NCBI GenBank assembly: GCA_963845435.1
Contig: CAWJSD010000012.1
Location: 326,141 to 390,140, forward strand
Reading direction: 5' to 3'
Length of the DNA: 64,000 bases
DNA from: an uncultured Alphaproteobacteria bacterium
GTDB taxonomy: Bacteria; Pseudomonadota; Alphaproteobacteria; Rhizobiales; Xanthobacteraceae
Shown: piece after piece, positions 9,824-19,194 of the stretch
Layout of the letters: each line of letters begins with the position of its first letter
Numbering within the stretch: position 1 is the stretch's first letter
Notes under the pieces: generated by a model
Told to the model about the DNA's origin: nothing
Databases searched by the model: none
What the model saw: only the letters and a program-made list of their open reading frames with translations
Position numbers and translations under genes: made by a program

Positions 9824-10984
9824 TCAATTGGGATCGTCGATCGGCGGAGATGACATCCACATCGATGCGTTGGTGCAGAGGCTGGCCAATCCCAGCGGAA
9901 ACTCCAGTTCGCACACCACGCCGTTGGTCTGAAGGCGCCGCGTAATGCTGCCGCAGAGCTGATCTTCGACCAGGCGCCGCAGCAGGCGGGAGCCGAAGCT
10001 TTCCAGAGCCGCGGTACGGACCGCCAGTCCGTTGGCTTCGCGCCATTTCAGTATCAGATGGCTGCCATCGACGCGCCATTCGACGTCGAGGCGGCCTTTC
10101 GATGCCGAGAGCGCGCCGTATTTGAGCGAATTCGTCGCGAGTTCGTTGACCGCAAGGCCGAGCGCGACGGCCTGTGCGCTCTCCAGCGTCACGTCGGGCC
10201 CTCGAATGTTGAGACGGCCCTGAGCATCCTGTCCGTAAGGCTCGAGCTCCGCATGCATCAGTTCGGAAAGCTTGATCGAACCCTGGCGCGCCAGTTTCTG
10301 GTCGATCAATTCGTGCGCTCGCGCCAGCGCCGCGATGTGGGAGGAGAAGGCATCGGAATGTTCGACCGGCAAGCTCAGTTTGCCCAGCGCCTGCGCGGCA
10401 AGATAGGAATTCTTGACGCGATGACGCAATTCGTCACGCGCCAGTTCGGCATGCGACAGCGCACGCGAGAGCGCGGCGACCAGATGCGCGTTCTCCAGCG
10501 CATTCGCCGTGCAGCGCGCGAGCGTCTCGATCGTTTCGATCTCATATCCCGTCGGTTCGTAGACGTTGGACCAATAGGCGCCCAGCGCCCCGACCGGGCT
10601 GCTGACGCCGATCGGCGCCATCAGCAGGCTGCGGACGAACGTGTCGCGATAAAGGTGAAATGGAATCCGCGCGTCGACGGATACATCGGCGATGACGGCG
10701 GTCTTGCGGTGAATCATCGACCAGCCGCTGATGCATTCGGTCATCGAGAATTTGTGCCCCTTCCAGAGCGGACCGACGGCATCTTCCTCGATGTAGTGGC
10801 AAAGATCTTCATCGCGCAGGATCAGCGCGATCCCGTCGCAACCAATCAGGCGCCGAGCCTTGGCGCGGATCACCTCGATGATTTCTTCCGTACTGCTGGT
10901 TCGCGCCAGGCTTTCGACGACGCTCAGCAAATCGCCGGCGGGAGTTTGATGCACTCTTAGATCAACGGCCATGGCACTCGTCAT
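9824..10984 (-). CDS. GAF-domain HWE-family sensor histidine kinase
   Basis: GAF domain; ELRHRVKN H-box, ELATNSLKYGAL, WRE, FGSRL. Confidence 0.9.
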   Translation of the reverse strand: MTSAMAVDLRVHQTPAGDLLSVVESLARTSSTEEIIEVIRAKARRLIGCDGIALILRDEDLCHYIEEDAVGPLWKGHKFSMTECISGWSMIHRKTAVIADVSVDARIPFHLYRDTFVRSLLMAPIGVSSPVGALGAYWSNVYEPTGYEIETIETLARCTANALENAHLVAALSRALSHAELARDELRHRVKNSYLAAQALGKLSLPVEHSDAFSSHIAALARAHELIDQKLARQGSIKLSELMHAELEPYGQDAQGRLNIRGPDVTLESAQAVALGLAVNELATNSLKYGALSASKGRLDVEWRVDGSHLILKWREANGLAVRTAALESFGSRLLRRLVEDQLCGSITRRLQTNGVVCELEFPLGLASLCTNASMWMSSPPIDDPN

Positions 10985-11108
10985 TATTTGTTAAGCTGGC
11001 GCTAAACATAAATCCCGCGCGCAGGCCGAACAAGATAAAATTGGATGGGTAACTTCGAGAGTTAATTACCACCGACGAGTCCGCGACGTCGCAGGGCGCA
11101 CACCTTGC

Positions 11109-11140
11109 AAAACGTCAACCGGGGCAACGCTCCGGTCGAC
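11109..11140 (-). terminator. Probable intrinsic terminator after peptide gene
   Basis: Minus strand GTCGACCGGAGC-gtt-GCCCCGGTTGAC followed by GTTTT. Confidence 0.55.
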
Positions 11141-11189
11141 TTGTTGTCCTGCGAATGACAATTTTCGAAAGCAATTCGCCAGAAAGTGG

Positions 11190-11315
11190 TTAAGAGATCT
11201 TGGCAGCTGTCGAGAGCAGCGTCCCCTGGGGCGCGATCGTGATGGTCGGATTGCCGATCTTGATCAGCGCTCCGCCCGAAACGCTGCGAAGGGTCTTGGC
11301 ATCAAGCTTCTTCAT
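11190..11315 (-). CDS. 41-aa double-glycine-leader peptide (bacteriocin/RiPP-like precursor)
   Basis: MKKLDAKTLRSVSGG|ALIKIGNPTITIAPQGTLLSTAAKIS; GGAGAG RBS; downstream terminator. Confidence 0.65.
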   Translation of the reverse strand: MKKLDAKTLRSVSGGALIKIGNPTITIAPQGTLLSTAAKIS

Positions 11316-11739
11316 GGCACTCTCCATTGATCTACGATCAACTATCGCGAGGCGGAATGCCTCGCCGCCCACAATGCATCGACACGCGAAATGGTTTCCC
11401 GCGCGCGCACGAATTTCAGCGCTTTTGCAAAATGTTTTATCTGCTTCGAAACAGCTACCACTCGAGCGCAACGAGCTACCAGACATTCCCATACGGCTAC
11501 CACCAGCGATCGGCGCGCATTGATCGGCGTATCAATACATTCGCGCCTCGGCGACATCACGATCGCAGCCGAGCTGATACGTCGGATCCAATTCTGAAGA
11601 ATTAAACTTAAGGCGCGCGCAAGCTCGAAACTATTTGCCTGTCCGCGCATTTCCAGCAACCGTGGCGTCGACAACCGACGCCGGATTGCAATCGACCGCT
11701 TTCGGCAATTAATTTTGGCATCCAGATTTTCGAGCGTAC

Positions 11740-12306
11740 ATGAGTAGCACACCAAACTCGCGTCGGTTTCTTGTTCGAGAAGGATCGAGAGACTTCATGG
11801 TATGGGATCGCGAAATCCACGGTCCCGCGCTGGTCGATGGCCATCCGGTCGTCGGGTTTTCCAAGGAGCATGCGATCAAGATTCGCGATGCGCTGAACGA
11901 GCCCGCATTGGCTGGAGAAGTCGGTTCGCATGCGCTCGGTCTGGTAGGTCAGACGCTGATGCCTGGTCTGCCTGAGGCGAGCCTCGATCGGAAACGGCTC
12001 GATCGGCCAATGCTTGATCAACCGGGCCTTGTCCCGTCTCGCCTCGCTGCGTCGCCCATGGAGGCGAAAGTTCGATCCGAGGCCAGCGGCGAACAGGCTC
12101 CGCAATTTGCGGCACACTCAAGTTACGCAGAACGCGGAATCGATACCTACGGCATCAGACCCGATTGTCCTGCCTGCGGCATGCACATGATCGTGGTCAA
12201 CGAGGTCAGCATCGTTCCCGGCAAGCGGGCGTATGAGTGCCTCAGGTGCGGACATGAGTCCCAACCGCAGAGCCGGGGATCGCGCGTCCCTCTCACCGGC
12301 GAGTAG
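11740..12306 (+). CDS. Hypothetical protein with C-terminal zinc ribbon
   Basis: C-terminal RPDCPACGMHM...RAYECLRCGH paralogous to the 7.4-7.8 kb ORFs. Confidence 0.65.
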   Translation: MSSTPNSRRFLVREGSRDFMVWDREIHGPALVDGHPVVGFSKEHAIKIRDALNEPALAGEVGSHALGLVGQTLMPGLPEASLDRKRLDRPMLDQPGLVPSRLAASPMEAKVRSEASGEQAPQFAAHSSYAERGIDTYGIRPDCPACGMHMIVVNEVSIVPGKRAYECLRCGHESQPQSRGSRVPLTGE

Positions 12307-12312
12307 CGGCCC

Positions 12313-13641
12313 TCATTCCGCGATCGCCACCGCGGGCAGCACCTCACCGCGGCTTTCGCCGAAGCCGATCCGCGCGAAGCCGGACTTCTCGCAATAACCG
12401 CGCAGGATCACGGCGTCGCCATCCTGAATGAAGCTGCGGCTCTCGCCGGTGTCGAGCCGCGCCGGCCGGGTACCGTTCAGCGCCAGCTCCATCATCGCGC
12501 CGGCCTCTTCGACTTCGGGGCCGGAGACGGTGCCGCTGCCGAGCAGATCGCCGGCCTGTAGATTGCAGCCATTGATGGTGTGATGCGTGACCATCTGCGC
12601 AATGGTCCAGTACTGGTGCCGAAAACTGGTGCGCGACAATTTGGTCGGCTTCAGTCCCGATTTTCGATGCGCCGATGAGTCGAGAAAGACTTCGAGCTGG
12701 ATATCGATCGCGCCGTCCTTGCTGTGCGCGGGCGTTTCGAGGTAGGCCAGCGGCTTCGGCGCGTTCGGCAGGCGCGTATAGCCCAAACGGAACGGCGCCA
12801 GTGCATCCATGGTCACGATCCAGGGCGAGATCGTGGTGGCGAAACTCTTGGCCAGGAACGGGCCCAGCGGCGCCATCTCCCAGGCCTGGATGTCGCGCGC
12901 CGACCAGTCGTTCAACAGGCCGACGCCGAACACATGCTGCCCGATGTCGTCGAGCCGGAGCGGCGTACCTTGCGGGTTGCCCTTGCCGATATAGATCGCC
13001 ACTTCCAGTTCGTAATCGAGCTTCTCGCAGGCACGCAGCGTCGGCGTCTTCTCGTCGGGTCGCCTGGTCTGGCCGAGCGGCCGGTGAAACTGCTGTCCGC
13101 TGACGCCGATCGAGGAGGCGCGGCCGTGATACGCGATCGGCAACCATTCGAAATTGGTGCCCTCGGTCGTGATGCCGAACATTCTGCCGATGTTGGTCGC
13201 ATGATAATAGGACGTGTAGAAATCCGAATAATCGCCGATCCGCACCGGCACCGCATGCTCGGCATCGGCCTGCGCCACCAGGCCCGGCTCGATCGCGTTC
13301 TCGAACGCCGCTTTGTTGTCTTCATGCAGCAGATCGAACAGCGCGTGTCGCAGCGCCCGCCACGCCGGCTGCCCCATTTCGAGGAACGCGTTCAACGTCG
13401 AACCCGCGCAGGCAGCGAGCGCTTCACCGGCGAGACCCTTTATCAGCCTGCTTTCACGCACCGCGCCGAGATCCAGGATCTGATCGCCGATGGCGACGCC
13501 GGCGCGAAACGCCTCTTTCGCTTGCCGGCGCCGGAACACCGAGAACGGCAGGTTCTGGATCGGAAAGTCGGTGGCGGGATCGTTGGCTGAGGCCACCCAG
13601 CTTCGGGCCGCCGCGTCATGGGTGTGGTCGAGTTCAATCAT
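12313..13641 (-). CDS. fahA: Fumarylacetoacetase
   Basis: DFPIQNLPF, DFYTS, YHGRASSI, LDYELE, NDWSARDIQ, GPFLAKSFAT, GSGTVSG. Confidence 0.93.
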   Translation of the reverse strand: MIELDHTHDAAARSWVASANDPATDFPIQNLPFSVFRRRQAKEAFRAGVAIGDQILDLGAVRESRLIKGLAGEALAACAGSTLNAFLEMGQPAWRALRHALFDLLHEDNKAAFENAIEPGLVAQADAEHAVPVRIGDYSDFYTSYYHATNIGRMFGITTEGTNFEWLPIAYHGRASSIGVSGQQFHRPLGQTRRPDEKTPTLRACEKLDYELEVAIYIGKGNPQGTPLRLDDIGQHVFGVGLLNDWSARDIQAWEMAPLGPFLAKSFATTISPWIVTMDALAPFRLGYTRLPNAPKPLAYLETPAHSKDGAIDIQLEVFLDSSAHRKSGLKPTKLSRTSFRHQYWTIAQMVTHHTINGCNLQAGDLLGSGTVSGPEVEEAGAMMELALNGTRPARLDTGESRSFIQDGDAVILRGYCEKSGFARIGFGESRGEVLPAVAIAE

Positions 13642-13668
13642 CGTCCATGCCTTCTTCTAGCCAAGCGC

Positions 13669-14910
13669 TCAATCGTACGCGCCCATCGGCTTGCGGCGGC
13701 TGAGCAGGATCTTGCGCTCCTGCAGTTCCCTGATGCGATCGGAGGACACCTGATATTCATCCAGGATATCGGCATTGTGCTCGCCCTGATACGCTGGGAT
13801 GCCCGGCGCGGGTAATTCCGAACGGCTGAAGATCCACGGGTTGCCCGGCATCGGCGTGGTGCCACCGGCGCGGTCGTCGACCTGCACCACCGCGCCCCAC
13901 TCCTTGACCCAGTCGGTCTCGGCGAACTCGCGGATGGTCCGGATCGATCCGATGGCCAACCCGGCCTCGCTGACCTGCGCCTGCAACTCGGCCAGATCGC
14001 TGAAGGTCATGATCCAGGAGCGGACTTCCGCCAGCAGCGGCGCGATATTTTCGCGGCGCAGCTTGGCGGTCGCATAACGGGGATCGCCGAGCAGATCGTT
14101 ACGCCGCATCATCGCGCAGTAGCGCATGAACATCGGCGTGTAGATCGGACTGCTGGCGATGGTAATGCTGCGGCCGTCGCCGAGCTGGTAGATGTGCGAT
14201 TCATTGGCCGCCAGCGCGATCGGCTCGCTGTCGACATCGATGCCCGACAGCAACGCGCCGGCGCGCTCGTTGACCGCGAGCATGGTCGCCGCCATCGAGA
14301 CGTCGACATACTGGCCCTCGCCGGTCTGGTTGCGGTGTTGCAGCGCTGCGAGAATGCCGATCACACCCTGCAATCCTGTATAGACGTCAGCGTGGCTGCA
14401 GGCATCGCCGCGCGGCTCGGTCAACGCGTCGCCGAAATGCTCCTGCACGATCGCGGTATGTCCGGTCTCGGCCTGCACGGTCGGCGCAAACGCCGGTCGG
14501 CTGCGCCATGATGTGGCCTGGCCGTATCCGCTGAGCGATGCATAAATCACGCGCGGGTTGATCGCCTGCACATCGGTGTAGCCCAGGCCGAACCGCGCCA
14601 GCGTGCCCGGTCTGAAATTCTCGACGATGATATCCGCCGAACGACAGAGCTCGGTGACGATCTCCCTCGCCTCGGCCCAATTGAGATCGATCGAGAGGTT
14701 GCGCTTGCCGGCGTTCTGCTGAACATAATAGAGCCCGATATCTCCGACCAGCGGCAGTCCGACCCGGCCGATATCGCCGGCCGGCGGCTCGATCTTGATC
14801 ACCTCGGCGCCGAGGTCGCGCAAGGTCTTGGTGCAATGGGGGCCGGCGAGAACCCGGGTGAAGTCGATGACGCGGAGCCCCTTCAGAGGCGCGGAGGAAG
14901 TTGCGGACAT
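13669..14910 (-). CDS. Family III CoA transferase (CaiB/BaiF)
   Basis: LKGLRVIDF, LAGP, GAEVIKIEP, NAGKR, ENFRPG. Confidence 0.92.
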   Translation of the reverse strand: MSATSSAPLKGLRVIDFTRVLAGPHCTKTLRDLGAEVIKIEPPAGDIGRVGLPLVGDIGLYYVQQNAGKRNLSIDLNWAEAREIVTELCRSADIIVENFRPGTLARFGLGYTDVQAINPRVIYASLSGYGQATSWRSRPAFAPTVQAETGHTAIVQEHFGDALTEPRGDACSHADVYTGLQGVIGILAALQHRNQTGEGQYVDVSMAATMLAVNERAGALLSGIDVDSEPIALAANESHIYQLGDGRSITIASSPIYTPMFMRYCAMMRRNDLLGDPRYATAKLRRENIAPLLAEVRSWIMTFSDLAELQAQVSEAGLAIGSIRTIREFAETDWVKEWGAVVQVDDRAGGTTPMPGNPWIFSRSELPAPGIPAYQGEHNADILDEYQVSSDRIRELQERKILLSRRKPMGAYD

Positions 14911-14912
14911 CG

Positions 14913-15677
14913 TCAGTCTCCCTTGAACACGGCGGTGGCCGGACCGGTGGCGTAGAACGCCGCGATGCCACGCTCACGATCGGCGGTATCCCAGATCGCG
15001 TTGTTGATCTCGGCTTGATGGGCATCCGCCGCTGCGATGCCACCGCGCGCCGCCAGTCGCGCCAGCCGTTTGGCGCCCCGCAAGACCGCCGTTGGCCCCG
15101 AGGCCAATTGGCGCGCCAAGGTCATCGACGCCGAGGGCAGTTCGGCTTCCGGAACCACCAGGTTGACGATTCCCCAGCGCTCGAATGCCTGCGGCGTGTA
15201 GCGCCGTCCGAGCATCACGATCTCGTTGGCGCGGGCCAGACCGGCGCGCTGCACGATGCGCTGCGTTCCCCCGAGCAGCGGCATCAATCCGACGCTGCAT
15301 TCCACCTGGCCGAGCGAGGCGGTGTCGGCGCAGATGATCATATCGCAGCTCAGCGCCAGTTCGAGGCCACCGCCGAGCGCGCCACCATGCACGGCCGCCA
15401 CCGTCGGCACCGGTGCGTCCTCGAAAACCGACATGATCTCCTTGAAGCGGTCCTTGTCGGTGTGGATGACCGTGGTCTTGCCGAACGACGCCATGTCGGC
15501 GCCGGCCGAAAAATGCCGCATCGAACTGCGCAGCAGGATCGAGCGGCAGCCGTGACCGACAACCGTCCGGTACGCGGCGGCCATGCCTTCGAGCAATTCG
15601 TCATCGAGCAAGTTATGCGGCGGCTTGGCGAGGGTGACGACGCCGACGGCGCCATCGATCTCATGGGTGACGGTCAT
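14913..15677 (-). CDS. Enoyl-CoA hydratase/isomerase family
   Basis: FSAGAD, GGALGGGLELALSCD, QVECSVGL. Confidence 0.9.
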   Translation of the reverse strand: MTVTHEIDGAVGVVTLAKPPHNLLDDELLEGMAAAYRTVVGHGCRSILLRSSMRHFSAGADMASFGKTTVIHTDKDRFKEIMSVFEDAPVPTVAAVHGGALGGGLELALSCDMIICADTASLGQVECSVGLMPLLGGTQRIVQRAGLARANEIVMLGRRYTPQAFERWGIVNLVVPEAELPSASMTLARQLASGPTAVLRGAKRLARLAARGGIAAADAHQAEINNAIWDTADRERGIAAFYATGPATAVFKGD

Positions 15678-15906
15678 TCCAGCGTTTCCTTTCCCTGAAT
15701 TGTTGAGCCAGCATCTCGCCGCGGCCGGAATCGCGCAACGCGGAAGCGTGCCAAAAAACAGGTTCAAACGTGCCGAACGCAGGCACGCTTCCAGAAAATG
15801 TGATGGTTTCCCGCTTAGCCTGACCGCTGGACAGCCGATCGCCGCCGCCCCACTATAACGTCAAAACATGCCAAGGACCTGCCGAGGCCGGTCGCGGGAG
15901 GCGATC

Positions 15907-16968
15907 ATGCAAATGATAAAAGTAGTCAGCGCATTGTCGGCCGATCCCGATGCGCCGACCCAGAGCCTGCTCGGCCTCGCGGCGATCGCCGCCGAACTCG
16001 CCGCGCAAGGCGTGTCGGTCAAGGACCTGTTCGCGGGTACCGGTGTCCGGCCGGCGCAGATGGAAGATCCGCGCGCCCGCATCTCGCATCGGCAGCGCCT
16101 GGCGATCTATCGCAACGCGCGCGCGCTATCGAAGAAGACCGACATCGCGCTGCTCGCCGGCGCACGGCAGCGGCTCAGCGATTTCGGCATCTACGGCTAT
16201 GCCATGGTGACCGGCGCGACCTTCGGCGAGGCGTTGCTGCTCTCGCTCGAGAACGCCACCATGGCCGGCTCGGCGATCAAGCAGATCAGTTTTCGGATCG
16301 AACGCGGCACGGCGATCCTGCAAAGTCACGGCGTGGAGTCGCTGGGCGATCTGCTGCCGTTCGTCGCCGAATTCTGGCGCAGCTCCATGACGTCGCTGTT
16401 CAGCAAGGTGCTGGAGACGCCGTTTCCGGCGACCCGCATGAGTTTCATGTACCCGCCGCCGCCGCACTGGCGGCGCTATGAGCGCATGTTCAATTGCCCT
16501 GTTGATTTCAACTCCGACGTCATGGAGTGGCACTTCGACGCCTCCATCATGCAACGACCCTGCCCGAACGCAAATCCGATCACGACGCAGGTCTGCCAGC
16601 AGTTCTGCGATCGGGTGATGGCCGAGGGTCCGATCGAGACCGATCTGATCCGTCAAATCCGCGCAGCGTGCCTCAACCGCTCGAAGCATCTGCCGACCGC
16701 GGACGAAGTCGCCGCCGAATTGGGGCTGTCGCTCCGAACGATGCATCGCCGGTTGGCCGAGAGCGGGCTGTCCTATCGCGAGGTCATCGACGATGTCAGG
16801 CGCTCGGTCGCGATCGAGTTTCTGGAAAACACCCGAATGAAGATCGATCAGGTCGCCGAGCGCGTCGGCTTTGCCGACGCCACCAGTTTCCGCAAGGCCT
16901 TCAAGAAGTGGACCGGCCGCTCACCGCGTTCCTTCCGATCGGCTTGGGAGGCTGACGGCGTTGCTTGA
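15907..16968 (+). CDS. AraC-family transcriptional regulator
   Basis: C-terminal double HTH (LGLSLRTMHRRL; VGFADATSFRKAFKKWTG); divergent from catabolic operon. Confidence 0.9.
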   Translation: MQMIKVVSALSADPDAPTQSLLGLAAIAAELAAQGVSVKDLFAGTGVRPAQMEDPRARISHRQRLAIYRNARALSKKTDIALLAGARQRLSDFGIYGYAMVTGATFGEALLLSLENATMAGSAIKQISFRIERGTAILQSHGVESLGDLLPFVAEFWRSSMTSLFSKVLETPFPATRMSFMYPPPPHWRRYERMFNCPVDFNSDVMEWHFDASIMQRPCPNANPITTQVCQQFCDRVMAEGPIETDLIRQIRAACLNRSKHLPTADEVAAELGLSLRTMHRRLAESGLSYREVIDDVRRSVAIEFLENTRMKIDQVAERVGFADATSFRKAFKKWTGRSPRSFRSAWEADGVA

Positions 16969-17617
16969 CGCCGGCATCTCGCGGGCCTTGCCGGACGGCC
17001 ACGCCCGCATCGCGACCCGGCCGATTTGCTCCATCCGTTCGCGCGAGGCGCCGTCGCGCGCCTGCACCGCAAGGCCGCGCGCCACCGCGCTGTAATAGGC
17101 GGCGAGAATTTCGACATCGGTATCTTCGGGTACATCGCCATAGGCGATGCCTTTGCGGATGCGCGCCGCCATGGCGCCTTCGGAAAAGGCCCGATGCTCG
17201 ACCATCATCTCCTTGATGTTCTTCAATCCCGGACCGGTGTGGGTGCATGCCAGCGAGATCATGCAGCCCGCGGGATGGTCGGTGCGCGGGTGAACTCCTC
17301 GGCAGTCGCGGCGAACAGCCGCGAAAACGCCGTGCGGGTGTCGGTCGTCTCATCGTTCAGGATGCCGAAGAACCAGCGGCCGGCCTATTCCAGATAGGCG
17401 CTGGTCGCCTCGCAATAGAGCTGTTCCTTGCTGCCGAACGAGTTGTAGAAACTCGACGCGCTGATCCCCATCGCGGCGATCAGTTCGTCGAACGACGTGC
17501 CCTCATAGCCGCGCTCCCAGAACAGCTTGGTCGCAGCCTGTCAGGGCGGCATCGCGGTTGAATTCCGCCGGCCTGCCGCGACGGCGCCGGCCTTCCTGTA
17601 CTAATTTTTGTTGTCAT
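16921..17617 (-). CDS. TetR/AcrR-family regulator, several frameshifts
   Basis: Fragments [61 protein letters not shown]; divergent from RND operon. Confidence 0.8.
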
Positions 17618-17818
17618 CGCTCCAAAAATCCTTGAACGACGCCTCCCCGCTTTTATATGCGGTGATATTGGGGCGTTTTCTCCAAATATCAATCCCCAAT
17701 TAGCCGACTGGTTTCGCTTGTAACGGAGCTTCGGCATCGAATTCGCCTCCGCCCCGCAATACGCCCCTCGCGACCTCCGTTCTTCGATACCGCCTTTTCC
17801 TACCGTCAACGACTGCTC

Positions 17819-19076
17819 ATGGACCATGTCATGGATCAAGTAACCGACCGGAACAGCATCGAACGAGCCCCCGCCCGGCAGCCGGGCCGGCCGGCCTGGA
17901 AAATCGGCGCCATTGCCATCGCCCTGGTCGCAATCGCCGGGGCTGGGATATTTCATGGATCCGTTCCACAAGAGCGGTCCGGCGGCGCACCGCCCGCCGC
18001 GCCGGCGTTGCCGGTGACGGTCAGCAAGCCGTTGCAGCGCAATGTCGACGTCCGGCTCGGCTTTCTCGGGCAGTTTTCCGCGGTCAACCGGGTCGAACTG
18101 CGCGCCCAGGTCGGCGGCATCCTGACCGAGATCCATTTCCAGGATGGCCAGATCGTCCACAAGGGCGACCTGCTGTTCGTGATCGATCCCCGTCCCTACG
18201 AAATCAAGCTCGCCGAGGCCAAGGCCCAGTTGCAGACCGCGACAAGCGACGCGTCGCGCTCGCCAACACCCAACTGTCGCGCGCGCAGTCGCTCCGGCAC
18301 AACGAATTCGCAACCCAGGAGACGGTCGACCAGCGCACCAACGACCAGGATTCGTCGCAGGCCGCGGTCGAAGACGCCAAGGCGCGGATCAGCGACGCCG
18401 AACTCGATCTGGAATATTGCCGCGTCACCGCGCCCTTCACCGGCCGCATCGGCGCCCGCCAGGTCTCGATCGGCGGCCTGATCTCCGGCAGCCGCGCCGG
18501 CGTCAGCGCCACCACGCTGCTGGCGACGCTGGTCTCGCTCGATCCGATCTATCTTGAATTTCGACATGAGCGAAGCCGACTTTCTGACGTTCTCGCGCGA
18601 ACGCGCCAAGCTCAGCGGTCCGCTCGCCGACGAGGTCGCGATCGGCCTCAGCGACGAGAACACGTTTCCCCGCAAAGGCAAGCTCGACTTCGTCGACAAC
18701 GCGCTCGATCGTTCCAGCGGAACGATCCACGCGCGCGCCACCGTCGCCAATCCCGATCTGTTTCTGGCGCCCGGTCAGTTTGCCCGGCTTCGCGTCGCGG
18801 TCGCGCCGCCGACCTCCGTGCTGTTGCTGCCGGATGCCGCGGTCGTGCTCGACCAGTCGCAGCATCTGGTCATGACGGTCGCAGCGGACGGCACGGTCGT
18901 GCCGAAGATCGTCGACACCGGCGATCTCAGGGGCGGATTGCGCGTCGTCCGATCCGGTCTCGATGCCAAACGACCGCGTCGTGATCGACGGACTGGTGCG
19001 CGCCATTCCCGGCAGCAAGGTCGCGCCGCAGGACGGCACGATCAACTACGACGCGGCCGCCGACGGCCAAGGCTGA
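17819..19076 (+). CDS. RND efflux periplasmic adaptor (MFP); frameshifts near 18245, 18555, 18968
   Basis: VELRAQVGG, FQDGQIVHKGDLLFVIDPRPY, VTAPFTGRIG, DRSSGTIHARA, PGQFARL. Confidence 0.88.
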
Positions 19077-19081
19077 CGCCC

Positions 19082-19186
19082 GATCCGTTCCGATCAAACC
19101 GGGACGGATCGAATTCTGGTTTTTCTTACGACGCGTTTTTCTTAAGCGGACCGCGCGGCCACTTCGCTCGATACGCTATCGCCAGG
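19082..19186. repeat. Degenerate Rhizobiales intergenic palindromic element (RIME/BRU-RS-like)
   Basis: Hairpin GATCCGTTCCG...CGGGACGGATC followed by GACGCGTTTTTCTT...CCACTTCGCTCG; family recognised from memory. Confidence 0.45.
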
Positions 19187-19194
19187 AGGCGAAC

